Source of the DNA: a virus
Lineage: Duplodnaviria; Heunggongvirae; Uroviricota; Caudoviricetes
IMG/VR virus record: IMGVR_UViG_2537562014_000005
Strand: one strand, 5' to 3'
Length of the DNA stretch: 27,009 bases
The stretch's first letter is position 1, and each line of letters opens with the position of its first letter. A program made the translations under genes and the position numbers. Below the pieces are notes generated by a model. The model was not told where the DNA came from. It was given only the letters and a program-made list of their open reading frames with translations, and searched no databases. Shown piece by piece: positions 11,309 through 20,341 of this stretch.

Positions 11309-11479
11309 ATGTCAGAACGTAAAGACTCAAAATCACGCCGTAATTATCTCGTTAAATGTTCCTGCCCAAACTGCACCCAAGAGTCAGAACACAGTTTTTC
11401 AAGAGTACAAAAAGGTGCCCTTTTGATCTGCCCTCATTGCAACAAAGTATTCCAGACAAATCTTAAAGCTGTAGCCTGA
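11309..11479 (+). CDS. Small zinc-ribbon protein (two CxxC pairs)
   Basis: ATG at 11309 preceded by AGGAAAAG; CPNC and CPHC pairs about 20 residues apart. Confidence 0.5.
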   Translation: MSERKDSKSRRNYLVKCSCPNCTQESEHSFSRVQKGALLICPHCNKVFQTNLKAVA

Positions 11480-11842
11480 TTGATTTTATTAGTAACAAGT
11501 ATTTTTTATATTTTAATAATATATTTAAAGCAGATAATAAAAAACCCGCCTGAGCGGGTTTGAGATTGTGGTGCTTTTTGTGGGAGTCATCCACTTACGC
11601 ACTTTGTTTTGCGATGCCAGCAGTTAGCTTCTGCTGTGAAACTATTCATGCAGCAAACCTGCACTTCACCACAATGGTTAGCATACTTTTCCTGATTAAG
11701 ATTTTGCCAAATATGCTGGCCATTGTTTCATGTATTGGACCTCCTTACTTTTTATTAAAGAGATCCAATATTCACTACTCTGTCCGTATCTCTACTCAGG
11801 CATCAGCCTTCTTCGTTATCGTATACAGACGAGCGATGAATT

Positions 11843-12058
11843 TTAATCAGTAATGATGACATTTACTGCTGCAGGACCTTTAGCACCACTCTCTATAGAG
11901 AAGGTAACCTTTTGACCTTCAAATAAGGTTCGATAATTATCATTCTGAATCGCAGAAAAATGCACAAACACATCTTTACTACCATCAACAGGAGAAATAA
12001 AGCCGAAACCTTTATCAGCGTTAAACCATTTTACTAAACCAGTCATTTTATTTGACAT
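11843..12058 (-). CDS. cspB: Cold shock protein CspB (CspA family, 71 aa)
   Basis: Cold-shock domain with RNP motifs. Confidence 0.9.
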   Translation of the reverse strand: MSNKMTGLVKWFNADKGFGFISPVDGSKDVFVHFSAIQNDNYRTLFEGQKVTFSIESGAKGPAAVNVIITD

Positions 12059-12368
12059 TCTACATTCCTTAACTTGAGCCTTTCGGCATAAATGGTTTGC
12101 ATAACAGAAACGACTTCGTACTTAATTGGAGAGACTCAAAGAAGGAATAAGTGAATAACACCTGAAATGAGAACTGCTTTAGTAAACTACTTCGTATATC
12201 GTCTGTTCTTCAAACCGACGCAGTCATTAACTCATAGTTGAACATATGAAGCAATGTTTATTTTAGACATCCAGCCACCTTCAATCCTATCAAAAAAGTA
12301 GTTTTCTCCAGGAACGTGTGTATGGTGCACCAGGTTATCAGTATTAAGGAGTTTTTCTGTCCCCTAAA

Positions 12369-12569
12369 ATGACAGGAATTGTCAAAAACTTTGACGGCAA
12401 AAGCGGCAAGGGTCTTATCACCCCATCCGATGGTCGTATCGATGTCCAGCTTCATGTTTCAGCGCTCAATCTCCGCGATGCAGAAGAAATTACCACCGGA
12501 TTACGCGTGGAATTTTACCGGATAAATGGTCTGCGTGGCCCTTCAGCTGCCAATGTTTACCTTTCATGA
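12369..12569 (+). CDS. cspF: Cold shock protein CspF-like (66 aa from the first ATG)
   Basis: Cold-shock domain; in-frame TAA at 12345 leaves only CTG-TCC-CCT-AAA before the ATG, so the N-terminus is shorter than the 70 aa I recall for K-12 CspF. Confidence 0.75.
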   Translation: MTGIVKNFDGKSGKGLITPSDGRIDVQLHVSALNLRDAEEITTGLRVEFYRINGLRGPSAANVYLS

Positions 12570-12623
12570 GCTATATTAAAGCTTTAATTTCAGGCCCCAT
12601 CGGATCACACATGGAGAGTTTTT

Positions 12624-12713
12624 ATGAATAACCCCGTCTGTCTTGATGACTGGTTGATTGGCTTTAAAATCTTATGCTGTACTTTGGCCGTAATAGCTCT
12701 GCTAATAATATAA
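12624..12713 (+). CDS. Possible 29-aa single-pass membrane peptide
   Basis: ATG at 12624 preceded by GGAGAG at 5 nt spacing; product [29 protein letters not shown] is strongly hydrophobic; below the ORF-track cutoff. Confidence 0.25.
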   Translation: MNNPVCLDDWLIGFKILCCTLAVIALLII

Positions 12714-12808
12714 TAAGCAGACTCATTGTGTTTAGGGACATTGTGATCTTACCCAGCAATAGTGGACACGCGGCTAAGTGAGTAAACTCTCAGTCAGAGG
12801 TGACTCAC

Positions 12809-13108
12809 ATGACAAAAACAGTATCAACCAGTAAAAAACCCCGTAAACAGCATTCGCCTGAATTTCGCAGTGAAGCCCTGAAGCTTGCTGAACGCATCGG
12901 TGTTACTGCCGCAGCCCGTGAACTCAGCCTGTATGAATCACAGCTCTACAACTGGCGCAGTAAACAGCAAAATCAGCAGACGTCTTCTGAACGTGAACTG
13001 GAGATGTCTACCGAGATTGCACGTCTCAAACGCCAGCTGGCAGAACGGGATGAAGAGCTGGCTATCCTCCAAAAGGCCGCGACATACTTCGCGAAGCGCC
13101 TGAAATGA
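12809..13108 (+). CDS. insE: IS3 transposase OrfA (InsE-like, 99 aa)
   Basis: Matches my recollection of IS3 InsE ([31 protein letters not shown]...). Confidence 0.85.
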
Positions 13109-13971
13109 AGTATGTCTTTATTGAAAAACATCAGGCTGAGTTCAGCATCAAAGCAATGTGCCGCGTGCTCCGGGTGGCCCGCAGCGGCTGGTATACGTGG
13201 TGTCAGCGGCGGACAAGGATAAGCACGCGTCAGCAGTTCCGCCAACACTGCGACAGCGTTGTCCTCGCGGCTTTTACCCGGTCAAAACAGCGTTACGGTG
13301 CCCCACGCCTGACGGATGAACTGCGTGCTCAGGGTTACCCCTTTAACGTAAAAACCGTGGCGGCAAGCCTGCGCCGTCAGGGACTGAGGGCAAAGGCCTC
13401 CCGGAAGTTCAGCCCGGTCAGCTACCGCGCACACGGCCTGCCTGTGTCAGAAAATCTGTTGGAGCAGGATTTTTACGCCAGTGGCCCGAACCAGAAGTGG
13501 GCAGGAGACATCACGTACTTACGTACAGATGAAGGCTGGCTGTATCTGGCAGTGGTCATTGACCTGTGGTCACGTGCCGTTATTGGCTGGTCAATGTCGC
13601 CACGCATGACGGCGCAACTGGCCTGCGATGCCCTGCAGATGGCGCTGTGGCGGCGTAAGAGGCCCCGGAACGTTATCGTTCACACGGACCGTGGAGGCCA
13701 GTACTGTTCAGCAGATTATCAGGCGCAACTGAAGCGGCATAATCTGCGTGGAAGTATGAGCGCAAAAGGTTGCTGCTACGATAATGCCTGCGTGGAAAGC
13801 TTCTTTCATTCGCTGAAAGTGGAATGTATCCATGGAGAACACTTTATCAGCCGGGAAATAATGCGGGCAACGGTGTTTAATTATATCGAATGTGATTACA
13901 ATCGGTGGCGGCGGCACAGTTGGTGTGGCGGCCTCAGTCCGGAACAATTTGAAAACAAGAACCTCGCTTAG
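13105..13971 (+). CDS. insF: IS3 transposase OrfB (InsF-like, 288 aa; DDE catalytic domain)
   Basis: Matches my recollection of IS3 InsF; overlaps orfA; AAAAG slippery motif at 13071..13075. Confidence 0.85.
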
Positions 13972-14124
13972 GCCTGTGTCCATATTACGTGGGTAGGATC
14001 ATTGTACTGGAAGAAAACATTTTAAACATCAGGCAAATAACCAAGTCACCAGCTAAATAATAAGTTAACAGACATGAGTCCCGGGATGAGATTCAACATT
14101 ACCATTGCCCCATTTAAAGCACAA

Positions 14125-14144
14125 AACCCGCTCATCAGCGGGTT
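14125..14144 (-). terminator. Candidate tR' (hairpin AACCCGCT-CATC-AGCGGGTT, T-rich on both sides)
   Basis: Stem-loop about 50-70 nt downstream of the candidate late promoter; T-rich tracts follow on both strands. Confidence 0.45.
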
Positions 14145-14191
14145 TTCTACTTTTTCTTAACGTCGGGTATACAAAGCCCATCGTTGAAAAA

Positions 14192-14220
14192 ATTTTATCC
14201 ATATTTTTTGAAAAATGCAA
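14192..14220 (-). promoter_or_regulatory. Candidate late promoter pR' (-35 TTGCAT, 17-bp spacer, -10 TAAAAT)
   Basis: On the minus strand just downstream of the Q stop codon: -35 at 14215..14220, -10 at 14192..14197. Confidence 0.4.
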
Positions 14221-14251
14221 ACATCATGTCGCCATCTTCAGCAAAAATCAT

Positions 14252-15004
14252 TTATCTCGTCACCTTCCTCAATTGCGCTTCCGCGTATGCTTCTTCCTGC
14301 CAGCACTTTGTTACCAGTTTACCAATGACGTCCGCATACCCCTTATACCACTGATAATCGGTCAGGTCTGGTACCAGCTTCTGGACATGACGTCGTGCCA
14401 GCGTGGTCGGTAAACGACTAAACCGGTTTCCATTACAACGCCCACAAATCTTATATACCGGTACGCCATGAAACCGGGTTCTTTTTTCATCCAGAACAAT
14501 CCCTTTACCCTTACACCCTCTGCACGCTGTGCTGGCTTCGCCCTTACCATGGCAATGCTGACATAGTTCCTTCACCCATTCTTCCTTGATTACAGATTCC
14601 CCGCGTCTGTAGTGTTTCACCACTTCGCGCAATACATTATAAAATCCCGTACCTGAACAATGCTCACAGCGAGCCTTACTTGCCGCAGACCTGGAGTAAT
14701 CAGCAAAGGCAAAACTCACGAGGTAAGGAATAATCTGTAACCGGATTTCTTCACTCAATTTGTTCAATGTCGGGTTATCCAGTGCCATCGCGTAATTTAG
14801 CAGGCCTTCAATCGCAAACTGAGGGTCCTGAACACCAACTTTTGCCAGAAATAAGGCCAACCCAAGTGGTGCTTTCGACTGCACCATCCCCTGCGCTGCC
14901 ATTACATCCGTAATTGTTAAACAACCGGTGCCTGTCGCTGAAGCGTCATCGCTCAATTTTGGAGATTTTGGGGAGTAATATTTTGGTAAGGCTTCAAGGT
15001 TCAT
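14252..15004 (-). CDS. quuQ: Late-gene antiterminator Q (phage 82/21 Q family; Cys-rich zinc-binding region)
   Basis: ORF 14252..15034; ATG at 15004 gives 250 aa; CxxC/HC clusters (CEHCSGTG, CQHCHGKG, CRGCKGKG, CGRC); located upstream of the lysis cassette. Confidence 0.8.
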   Translation of the reverse strand: MNLEALPKYYSPKSPKLSDDASATGTGCLTITDVMAAQGMVQSKAPLGLALFLAKVGVQDPQFAIEGLLNYAMALDNPTLNKLSEEIRLQIIPYLVSFAFADYSRSAASKARCEHCSGTGFYNVLREVVKHYRRGESVIKEEWVKELCQHCHGKGEASTACRGCKGKGIVLDEKRTRFHGVPVYKICGRCNGNRFSRLPTTLARRHVQKLVPDLTDYQWYKGYADVIGKLVTKCWQEEAYAEAQLRKVTR

Positions 15005-15017
15005 GCTCGTTCTCCAC

Positions 15018-16067
15018 TTACGCCAGTACGCCAATTGCCAGCGCGCGATCGATAAAACGAAATATCAGCTCCAGTTGGGAGCCATACTTATCTTCAAATG
15101 CCACTGTATCCGTATGCAGCTCGTTGTGATGCTTTCTGCACAAAGGCAACACAAAGAGATCATGTGCTTTTGTTCCCATTCCGCCCTGCCCGTGACCAAT
15201 CAGATGATGCGGATCGTCGGCTGGCATACCGCAGCAAGCACACGGCTGTGTCTTAACCCAACGTGTGTATTTCTCCTTAACCCAGCGGCGACGTTTAGGC
15301 AGCTTCATGAAAGATTCCGGAGACTCTGGATCAACGGTGATGCTTACCACCGTCTTTTCCTGTGGTGATTTTTGTTGCTGGTGGGCGTAAGGCAACGGTG
15401 CAAGATTTTTTGTGCGTTGTTTCAATATGCTGGTGGCGGTCTGCTCTCCCGGTACGATGTCGCTTTCGCGGTACACCGAGCAGATTTTTTCCGCTGGTAA
15501 TCCCAGCGAACGACGCGATACAGCCTCAGGTAGTGCATCCACCACCTGATTGCAGACCGCCCACCAGGATAATTCAGCCAAAGATAATTCCCGCTCCTGC
15601 GTACCGCTTATTGCGTGACGGATGACGTCAATCACCCATGCTGTCAGATTTTGTTGAGCAAGCAGCTCCAGTGATTCCGATGTCTGGTCACGCAGTTGGT
15701 TGTCGCAGTGCCAGCACAACACCATTGCGCCGGTACCATAACGGTGAATGACTGTTTCAGTGTGATGGTAATCGCCATTAGGCCACTGGCAGGATGTAAC
15801 ATGACGTAATAGCCAGTCGGACAATGCGCCAACGCCGCCAGCAGCACGAATCACCCGTTCGTTACTAAAAAACGGCAGCAATGTTTTGTCTTCCGCCAGC
15901 GGCTGGCGAACGGCAGGAACGACTCCGGATGGCAGATTACGCATGCTTTTTGGTTCCGGTTCCACCAGCACTCGAGGATTATGAAATATCTGTATGGATT
16001 CACGGCCCGGCTTAAGGACCACCAGCCCAAGCTCAGGCACCAGAACAGGTCTAAGTAATACCCGCAC
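15018..16067 (-). CDS. ydfU: DUF968-like protein with C-terminal HNH nuclease motif
   Basis: GTG at 16067 gives 349 aa, matching my recollection of ydfU; motif CACCGMPADDPHHLIGHGQGG...CRKHHNELH. Confidence 0.65.
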   Translation of the reverse strand: MRVLLRPVLVPELGLVVLKPGRESIQIFHNPRVLVEPEPKSMRNLPSGVVPAVRQPLAEDKTLLPFFSNERVIRAAGGVGALSDWLLRHVTSCQWPNGDYHHTETVIHRYGTGAMVLCWHCDNQLRDQTSESLELLAQQNLTAWVIDVIRHAISGTQERELSLAELSWWAVCNQVVDALPEAVSRRSLGLPAEKICSVYRESDIVPGEQTATSILKQRTKNLAPLPYAHQQQKSPQEKTVVSITVDPESPESFMKLPKRRRWVKEKYTRWVKTQPCACCGMPADDPHHLIGHGQGGMGTKAHDLFVLPLCRKHHNELHTDTVAFEDKYGSQLELIFRFIDRALAIGVLA

Positions 16068-16068
16068 G

Positions 16069-16347
16069 TTACCTCCAGATCCGTTGCTGGAAAGTGCGGG
16101 ACGCACGTGGTGGGCGTTCGGAATAAGGCAGCCTGACAGAGATTATCCAGTGCCGATAGTCGAGACTGAGAGCTTTCTTAACCTCGAACCCGCGCCTGCG
16201 GTAAGAATGAATCAGCCATTCGGCCTGTTCTGCAGTGCATGGAGGGTGCTGGAACCATTCAGACTTGAATGCGTGAGAATACCGCCCGTGCGTGCAGGCA
16301 AGAACGGGCGAATTATCAGAATTGTAATATTTTGCGTTGCGTGCCAT
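16069..16347 (-). CDS. Hypothetical 92-aa protein directly upstream of ydfU (stop abuts the ydfU start)
   Basis: ORF with protein-like composition; could be an independent gene or a split-off N-terminal part of a longer ydfU ancestor. Confidence 0.4.
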   Translation of the reverse strand: MARNAKYYNSDNSPVLACTHGRYSHAFKSEWFQHPPCTAEQAEWLIHSYRRRGFEVKKALSLDYRHWIISVRLPYSERPPRASRTFQQRIWR

Positions 16348-16413
16348 CGGTTTTCTCCGGTGGCACGGTGTTACTCAGCGGGAGTTCAGCCCCGCGCAAG
16401 ATTGTAGATGAGT

Positions 16414-16665
16414 TTATTCTCCTGAAAAAGCAGAAAAGCCAGCTTTTATTCCGATCTCTTTCAATGCCTGTAATGAAGTGACAAACTCACCTTCGCGCAA
16501 GATAAATCCGTCCGTGACCCGAGCATCCACAAAATTAATTAACGCAGCCCCATTCTTTCGCAAACACATAATGCGGTAATGACTAACAAGATTTCCATTT
16601 TCAACGCACACAGCATAGAGGCCATCTTCACAAAAAATTTTACGCAGTTCTTCGATGTTCATCAT
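16414..16665 (-). CDS. rem: Hypothetical 83-aa prophage protein
   Basis: Length and position (between ydfU and hokD) match my recollection of rem; the sequence itself was not recognised. Confidence 0.45.
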   Translation of the reverse strand: MMNIEELRKIFCEDGLYAVCVENGNLVSHYRIMCLRKNGAALINFVDARVTDGFILREGEFVTSLQALKEIGIKAGFSAFSGE

Positions 16666-16785
16666 CAGAATCCTTCCGGATAATTAGCTCTCCCCTTTAA
16701 GGGACCATCCCTCTTATCCCTGCGCGCTACTTAAGTATTTTTGATTCTATTCCGGCACCGTCCAGAACTTCAAACGCGTTGAAAA

Positions 16786-16811
16786 TAAAAACAAAAACCC
16801 GCCGAAGCGGG
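16786..16811 (-). terminator. Rho-independent terminator of the relB-relE-hokD operon
   Basis: Hairpin CCCGC-CGAA-GCGGG followed on the minus strand by a T-run, about 70 nt downstream of hokD. Confidence 0.55.
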
Positions 16812-16881
16812 TTAAGTGCGGGTGCGTTGAGGATGCCTGCCACATCAGAGGTGGCGAGGGATTTCTCCCCCGCCGGGTCTC

Positions 16882-17037
16882 TTACTCCTCAGGTTCGTAA
16901 GCTGTGAAGACAGCGACCTCCGTCTGGCCGGTTCGGATTCGTACCTCGCAGAGGTCTTTCCTCGTTACCAGTGCCGTCACTATGACGGTTAAACAGATGA
17001 CGATCAGGGCGATTAACATCGCCTTTTGCTGCTTCAT
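16882..17037 (-). CDS. hokD: Hok-family membrane toxin (51 aa)
   Basis: Hand-translated: MKQQKAMLIALIVICLTVIVTALVTRKDLCEVRIRTGQTEVAVFTAYEPEE; below the ORF-track cutoff; downstream of relE. Confidence 0.85.
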   Translation of the reverse strand: MKQQKAMLIALIVICLTVIVTALVTRKDLCEVRIRTGQTEVAVFTAYEPEE

Positions 17038-17108
17038 AGCCTGCTTCTCCTGTCAACGCAAAGCAGAAGTGTCACCTTCGGTGCGAAACAGAGATGTCAT
17101 GCTTTGGT

Positions 17109-17396
17109 TCAGAGAATGCGTTTGACCGCCTCGCTATATACTTCCGAGCGTTCTCTTTTCCCAACAGAAATCACGAAAACGACAACTTTCTCGTCTATAA
17201 CCTGGTATACAAGGCGATAGCCTGAAGACCGGAGCTTAATCTTGTAACAATCAGGCATACCACGGAGCTTGTTTGCTTCAATCCGGGGTGACTCAAGTAC
17301 TTCAACCAGCTTCTTTTTCAACTGTTCACGTACCGTCGAGCCCAGCTTTCGCCATTCCTTTAGTGCCCGCTCGTCAAAATCCAGAAAATACGCCAT
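17109..17396 (-). CDS. relE: mRNA interferase toxin RelE (95 aa)
   Basis: 95-aa ORF overlapping relB by 1 nt; RelE-like sequence. Confidence 0.9.
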   Translation of the reverse strand: MAYFLDFDERALKEWRKLGSTVREQLKKKLVEVLESPRIEANKLRGMPDCYKIKLRSSGYRLVYQVIDEKVVVFVISVGKRERSEVYSEAVKRIL

Positions 17397-17635
17397 CAGA
17401 GTTCATCCAGCGTCACACGTACTGGCTTAGGATTACGAAGCCGTTCTTTCACTATCTCCACAAGTTCAGCATCTTCATCACTCAGGAGTGTATGTTTGAA
17501 CGGCAAGCGTTCATTGTCAGCGATATACTCGAGCATGAGACGAAGCGCTTCAGAAGGAGTTACACCCATTTTTTCAAGCGCGGCGTAAGAACGCGCTTTA
17601 AGTTCATCGTCAATACGCAGGTTAATGCTACCCAT
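17396..17635 (-). CDS. relB: Antitoxin RelB (79 aa)
   Basis: 79-aa ORF immediately upstream of relE; RelB-like sequence. Confidence 0.9.
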   Translation of the reverse strand: MGSINLRIDDELKARSYAALEKMGVTPSEALRLMLEYIADNERLPFKHTLLSDEDAELVEIVKERLRNPKPVRVTLDEL

Positions 17636-17645
17636 GTCTTACACC

Positions 17646-17672
17646 TCTTGTAATTACAAATGTCATTACAAG
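17646..17672 (-). promoter_or_regulatory. relBE operator-like palindromes (CTTGTAAT / ATTACAAG and TTGTAATTACAA)
   Basis: Overlapping inverted repeats immediately upstream of the relB start. Confidence 0.45.
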
Positions 17673-17965
17673 TATCGCACTACAACATGCTTAGGGCAAG
17701 TCACGAAGGAAGTCAGAAAGTAGTCGTAAGAACGGTGATCACTGTCCGCTTTGTGCCAGGAGCAGCCATTGCTAAGTCCATCCTGTATTGTGCAGGTCAG
17801 CTCGTTTTTAAAGAGTCCGGCCATCATCTTACTGGTACAGACACCATATACTTTGTGACGGTCAGGCTACATATGCACAACTCAACTTATTCATCTATTT
17901 TTTGCTTTAGCATGTCAGTGTTGCTTTCTCGTCGGCGGGTGAGCGGTGACCTGACCTGTCGATAA
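17660..17965 (+). CDS. ydfV: Doubtful 101-aa ORF at the position annotated as ydfV in K-12
   Basis: Length matches ydfV, but the ORF overlaps the relB operator and has low-complexity composition; may not be a real gene. Confidence 0.25.
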   Translation: MSLQVSHYNMLRASHEGSQKVVVRTVITVRFVPGAAIAKSILYCAGQLVFKESGHHLTGTDTIYFVTVRLHMHNSTYSSIFCFSMSVLLSRRRVSGDLTCR

Positions 17966-18167
17966 AGGAACGTAACACGTTTTATGCAACACCCGCATGC
18001 GGCAGAAAATTATTGCCGAACGTTTACCCCTGTCAACAAGCTTTACTTTCTGAGGCGCGCCAGCCCGCGAGGAAAACAATCTGAACATCAAACAATTAAT
18101 GACACAAGAAATACGATTAAAGATTTTTTTGTGCATGCCGATAGTGCTTTTTTAAAAGGAGAAATCT

Positions 18168-18500
18168 ATGTCTGTCACAATTCAGGGAAATACCTCAACC
18201 GTTATTTCAAACAACTCCGCCCCGGAAGGAACATCAGAAATAGCCAAAATCACAAGACAAATTCAGGTGCTGACTGAAAAGCTTGGGAAAATCTCATCGG
18301 AAGAGGGGATGACGACACAGCAGAAAAAAGAAATGGCTGCATTGGTACAGAAGCAAATTGAAAGCCTCTGGGCTCAACTGGAGCAGTTGTTAAGGCAGCA
18401 GGCAGAGAAAAAGAATGAAGACGCGACAGTTCAGCCTGATAAAAAAGAAGAGAAAAAAGACGATACAAATACCGCTGGCACCATTGATATTTACGTCTAA
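18168..18500 (+). CDS. flxA: FlxA-like protein (110 aa)
   Basis: ATG preceded by AAAGGAGAAATCT; sequence matches my recollection of FlxA. Confidence 0.8.
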   Translation: MSVTIQGNTSTVISNNSAPEGTSEIAKITRQIQVLTEKLGKISSEEGMTTQQKKEMAALVQKQIESLWAQLEQLLRQQAEKKNEDATVQPDKKEEKKDDTNTAGTIDIYV

Positions 18501-18514
18501 GTGACAGCCGTATT

Positions 18515-18538
18515 GTGGCCCTCATCGGGCCACTTTTC
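18515..18538 (+). terminator. Rho-independent terminator after flxA
   Basis: Hairpin GTGGCCC-TCATC-GGGCCAC followed by TTTTCGCC. Confidence 0.5.
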
Positions 18539-18936
18539 GCCATCAGCCTTTTCTTTAAAGACATATTATCTTTGTATCATTTCTGATAGTTAACATTACA
18601 AGATATAAGTAATGGACGCACTCCCAATTAGTCTATTTAAATCGCCACGAGTTTAACTGACAACCCATGATCAATTATGAATTGCAACTATTTCTGTAGT
18701 CACTTTTGTGGGGACAGTCCACAAAACTGCCAACTTCCGCTTCTTGCTCTTAGCGGACATTAGCATAGGCTATTTACCATAACGCCTCATTACGCGCACC
18801 GCCCAGACTGACTCAGCGCGTTTCTGGCATATCCCCGGTAAAACAAGTAACAAACCACCCGAAAATGAACACCAGAAACGCGACTTAAGAATCTACCCTA
18901 TGAATGGATATGCACTCAACCGAATCGATCTTGGTT

Positions 18937-19434
18937 TCAATCTTTTTTATCGGGATCAGGCTTCTTTTTAGGTAACTTCGGGGGCTTAACTTGCTGATGA
19001 CTTTGCGTTCGGCGCGTAAGCCAGGGATGGTCAGCTTTAGGTTTAACATAGTATTTTGAGCGTAAATCAATACGGGCATTATCCACTCGTTCATGGACAC
19101 TCTTTTCATCATCCGGTGGTATAGGCTCCGGGCCATCAACATACTTTTCCCGGCCCAGCGCTTTCCCGTCATACAGAACGTTAATTTCACCGTCAAAGTT
19201 CTCGCATACAGTAACAACCGAATGCCTAAGTCGATATCCCCGGCCCTCACTGCGTACCTGAAACGCACTGCTTTTGTACTGGAAAGTGAGATTTTTAGAC
19301 AGAACGCGCTTCGCCTGTAGGCTGAAGATATAACCCAGTTCCTCTTCAGAATGGTGCACATCAAGATGAGCATTATCAGTAGTACGAGGCGACGTAGCGA
19401 ACCGGTTGTTATAGGCTTCAATAAAGGTCGGCAA
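18937..19434 (-). pseudogene. C-terminal remnant of a DDE transposase/integrase-like gene
   Basis: TTG-initiated 165-aa ORF whose start resembles the end of an rve-type catalytic domain (FIEAYNNRFA...); in-frame stop immediately upstream; a second long ORF overlaps in another frame. Confidence 0.4.
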
Positions 19435-19442
19435 TCCATTAA

Positions 19443-19731
19443 TCTAGTTGCCGGATGTTGGTGGATTTTCGCGTTTTAGTTGTTCATAAAAGTGCACAGC
19501 TTTAACCAGTTCTTCTGATGTAACTGGGACTGGTGAGGCAGTGAATAAGGCCTGAATTTGATAGTTCGGCCTGTCGTTACAATCCTCTTTTTTCGGTACA
19601 TATTTCCAGTCACCAGACCACTACTTCCCCTGAAAGTCCGTAACGCCTTTTTTCACGTAGCGATATCGCCATGCCACTGGTTTTGCTTGCCCCGCCGTTT
19701 CATGCCCTTCCTGATAATTAATCTCGCTCAT
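19443..19731 (-). pseudogene. Decayed small ORF (frame switch plus in-frame TAG)
   Basis: ATG at 19731 gives a 40-aa product; a second frame carries protein-like sequence interrupted by TAG at 19620..19622 and ends at 19443. Confidence 0.3.
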
Positions 19732-19919
19732 TCATCGCCCCACTCATCACAATATGCTTCGACCGGAGTTTTTCCCGCTTCATAGTCATCACGCTAGGAT
19801 TCGACATCAGCAGCACTTCCACCGCGTAACTCACCATAGTCCATTAATAGTTCATCCCGCTCTTCAAAACTGATGTTATATTTAGCTGAACAAAAATCAG
19901 CCACTTTGTTCTTCCTCAT
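19728..19919 (-). pseudogene. Small ORF interrupted by an in-frame amber codon
   Basis: MRKNKVADFCSAKYNISFEERDELLMDYGELRGGSAADVES, then TAG at 19794..19796, then RDDYEAGKTPVEAYCDEWGDE and stop; overlaps the next ORF by ATGA. Confidence 0.3.
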
Positions 19920-20341
19920 CGTCTTTTATTTCGTGGTATGAGTAATTGCAGTAGTTAAAGAAAATTTCTTATGCTCCGTCATGAATTTCCTCAGGTGTTG
20001 CGTCATCGTCCACTTCGAATACATCCTCAAAATCTCCACCAGCTATTCCCGTTTCAATAATAATTTTGAACTTTCGCATTTCACTACCGCCCTTTCGGGC
20101 GGCCTCCTGATGTTCTGAGGGTGCAGAAATCCATCCGGTTAAGGATTAAATTTTATTTACAGAACTGAATTTAATTATTCAGATATACGTATCTGTAGCC
20201 TTACGAATCTACTCACTGGATGCCTCTTTCATAAAAATAATCCAGTGGGTTTTATCGTTTTTTCCCTGTTCGTTGACAGATAACAGGTTTTCTGTCTGTC
20301 AGTGCCAGAATCTGGCTTACCGGTATTTGCGTTTCATTCCA

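Larger units (their letters stand above)
12744..14001 (+). mobile_element. IS3 insertion sequence (1258 bp) flanked by 3-bp direct repeat TTG
   Basis: Ends TGATCTTACC... and ...GGGTAGGATCA form imperfect terminal inverted repeats; TTG at 12741..12743 and 14002..14004; encodes InsE/InsF-like orfA/orfB with an A4G slippery site. Confidence 0.9.

Noticed and set aside
15003-15625. Plus-strand ORFs of 121 and 87 aa
   Set aside because: Antisense to quuQ and ydfU; no ribosome-binding sites.
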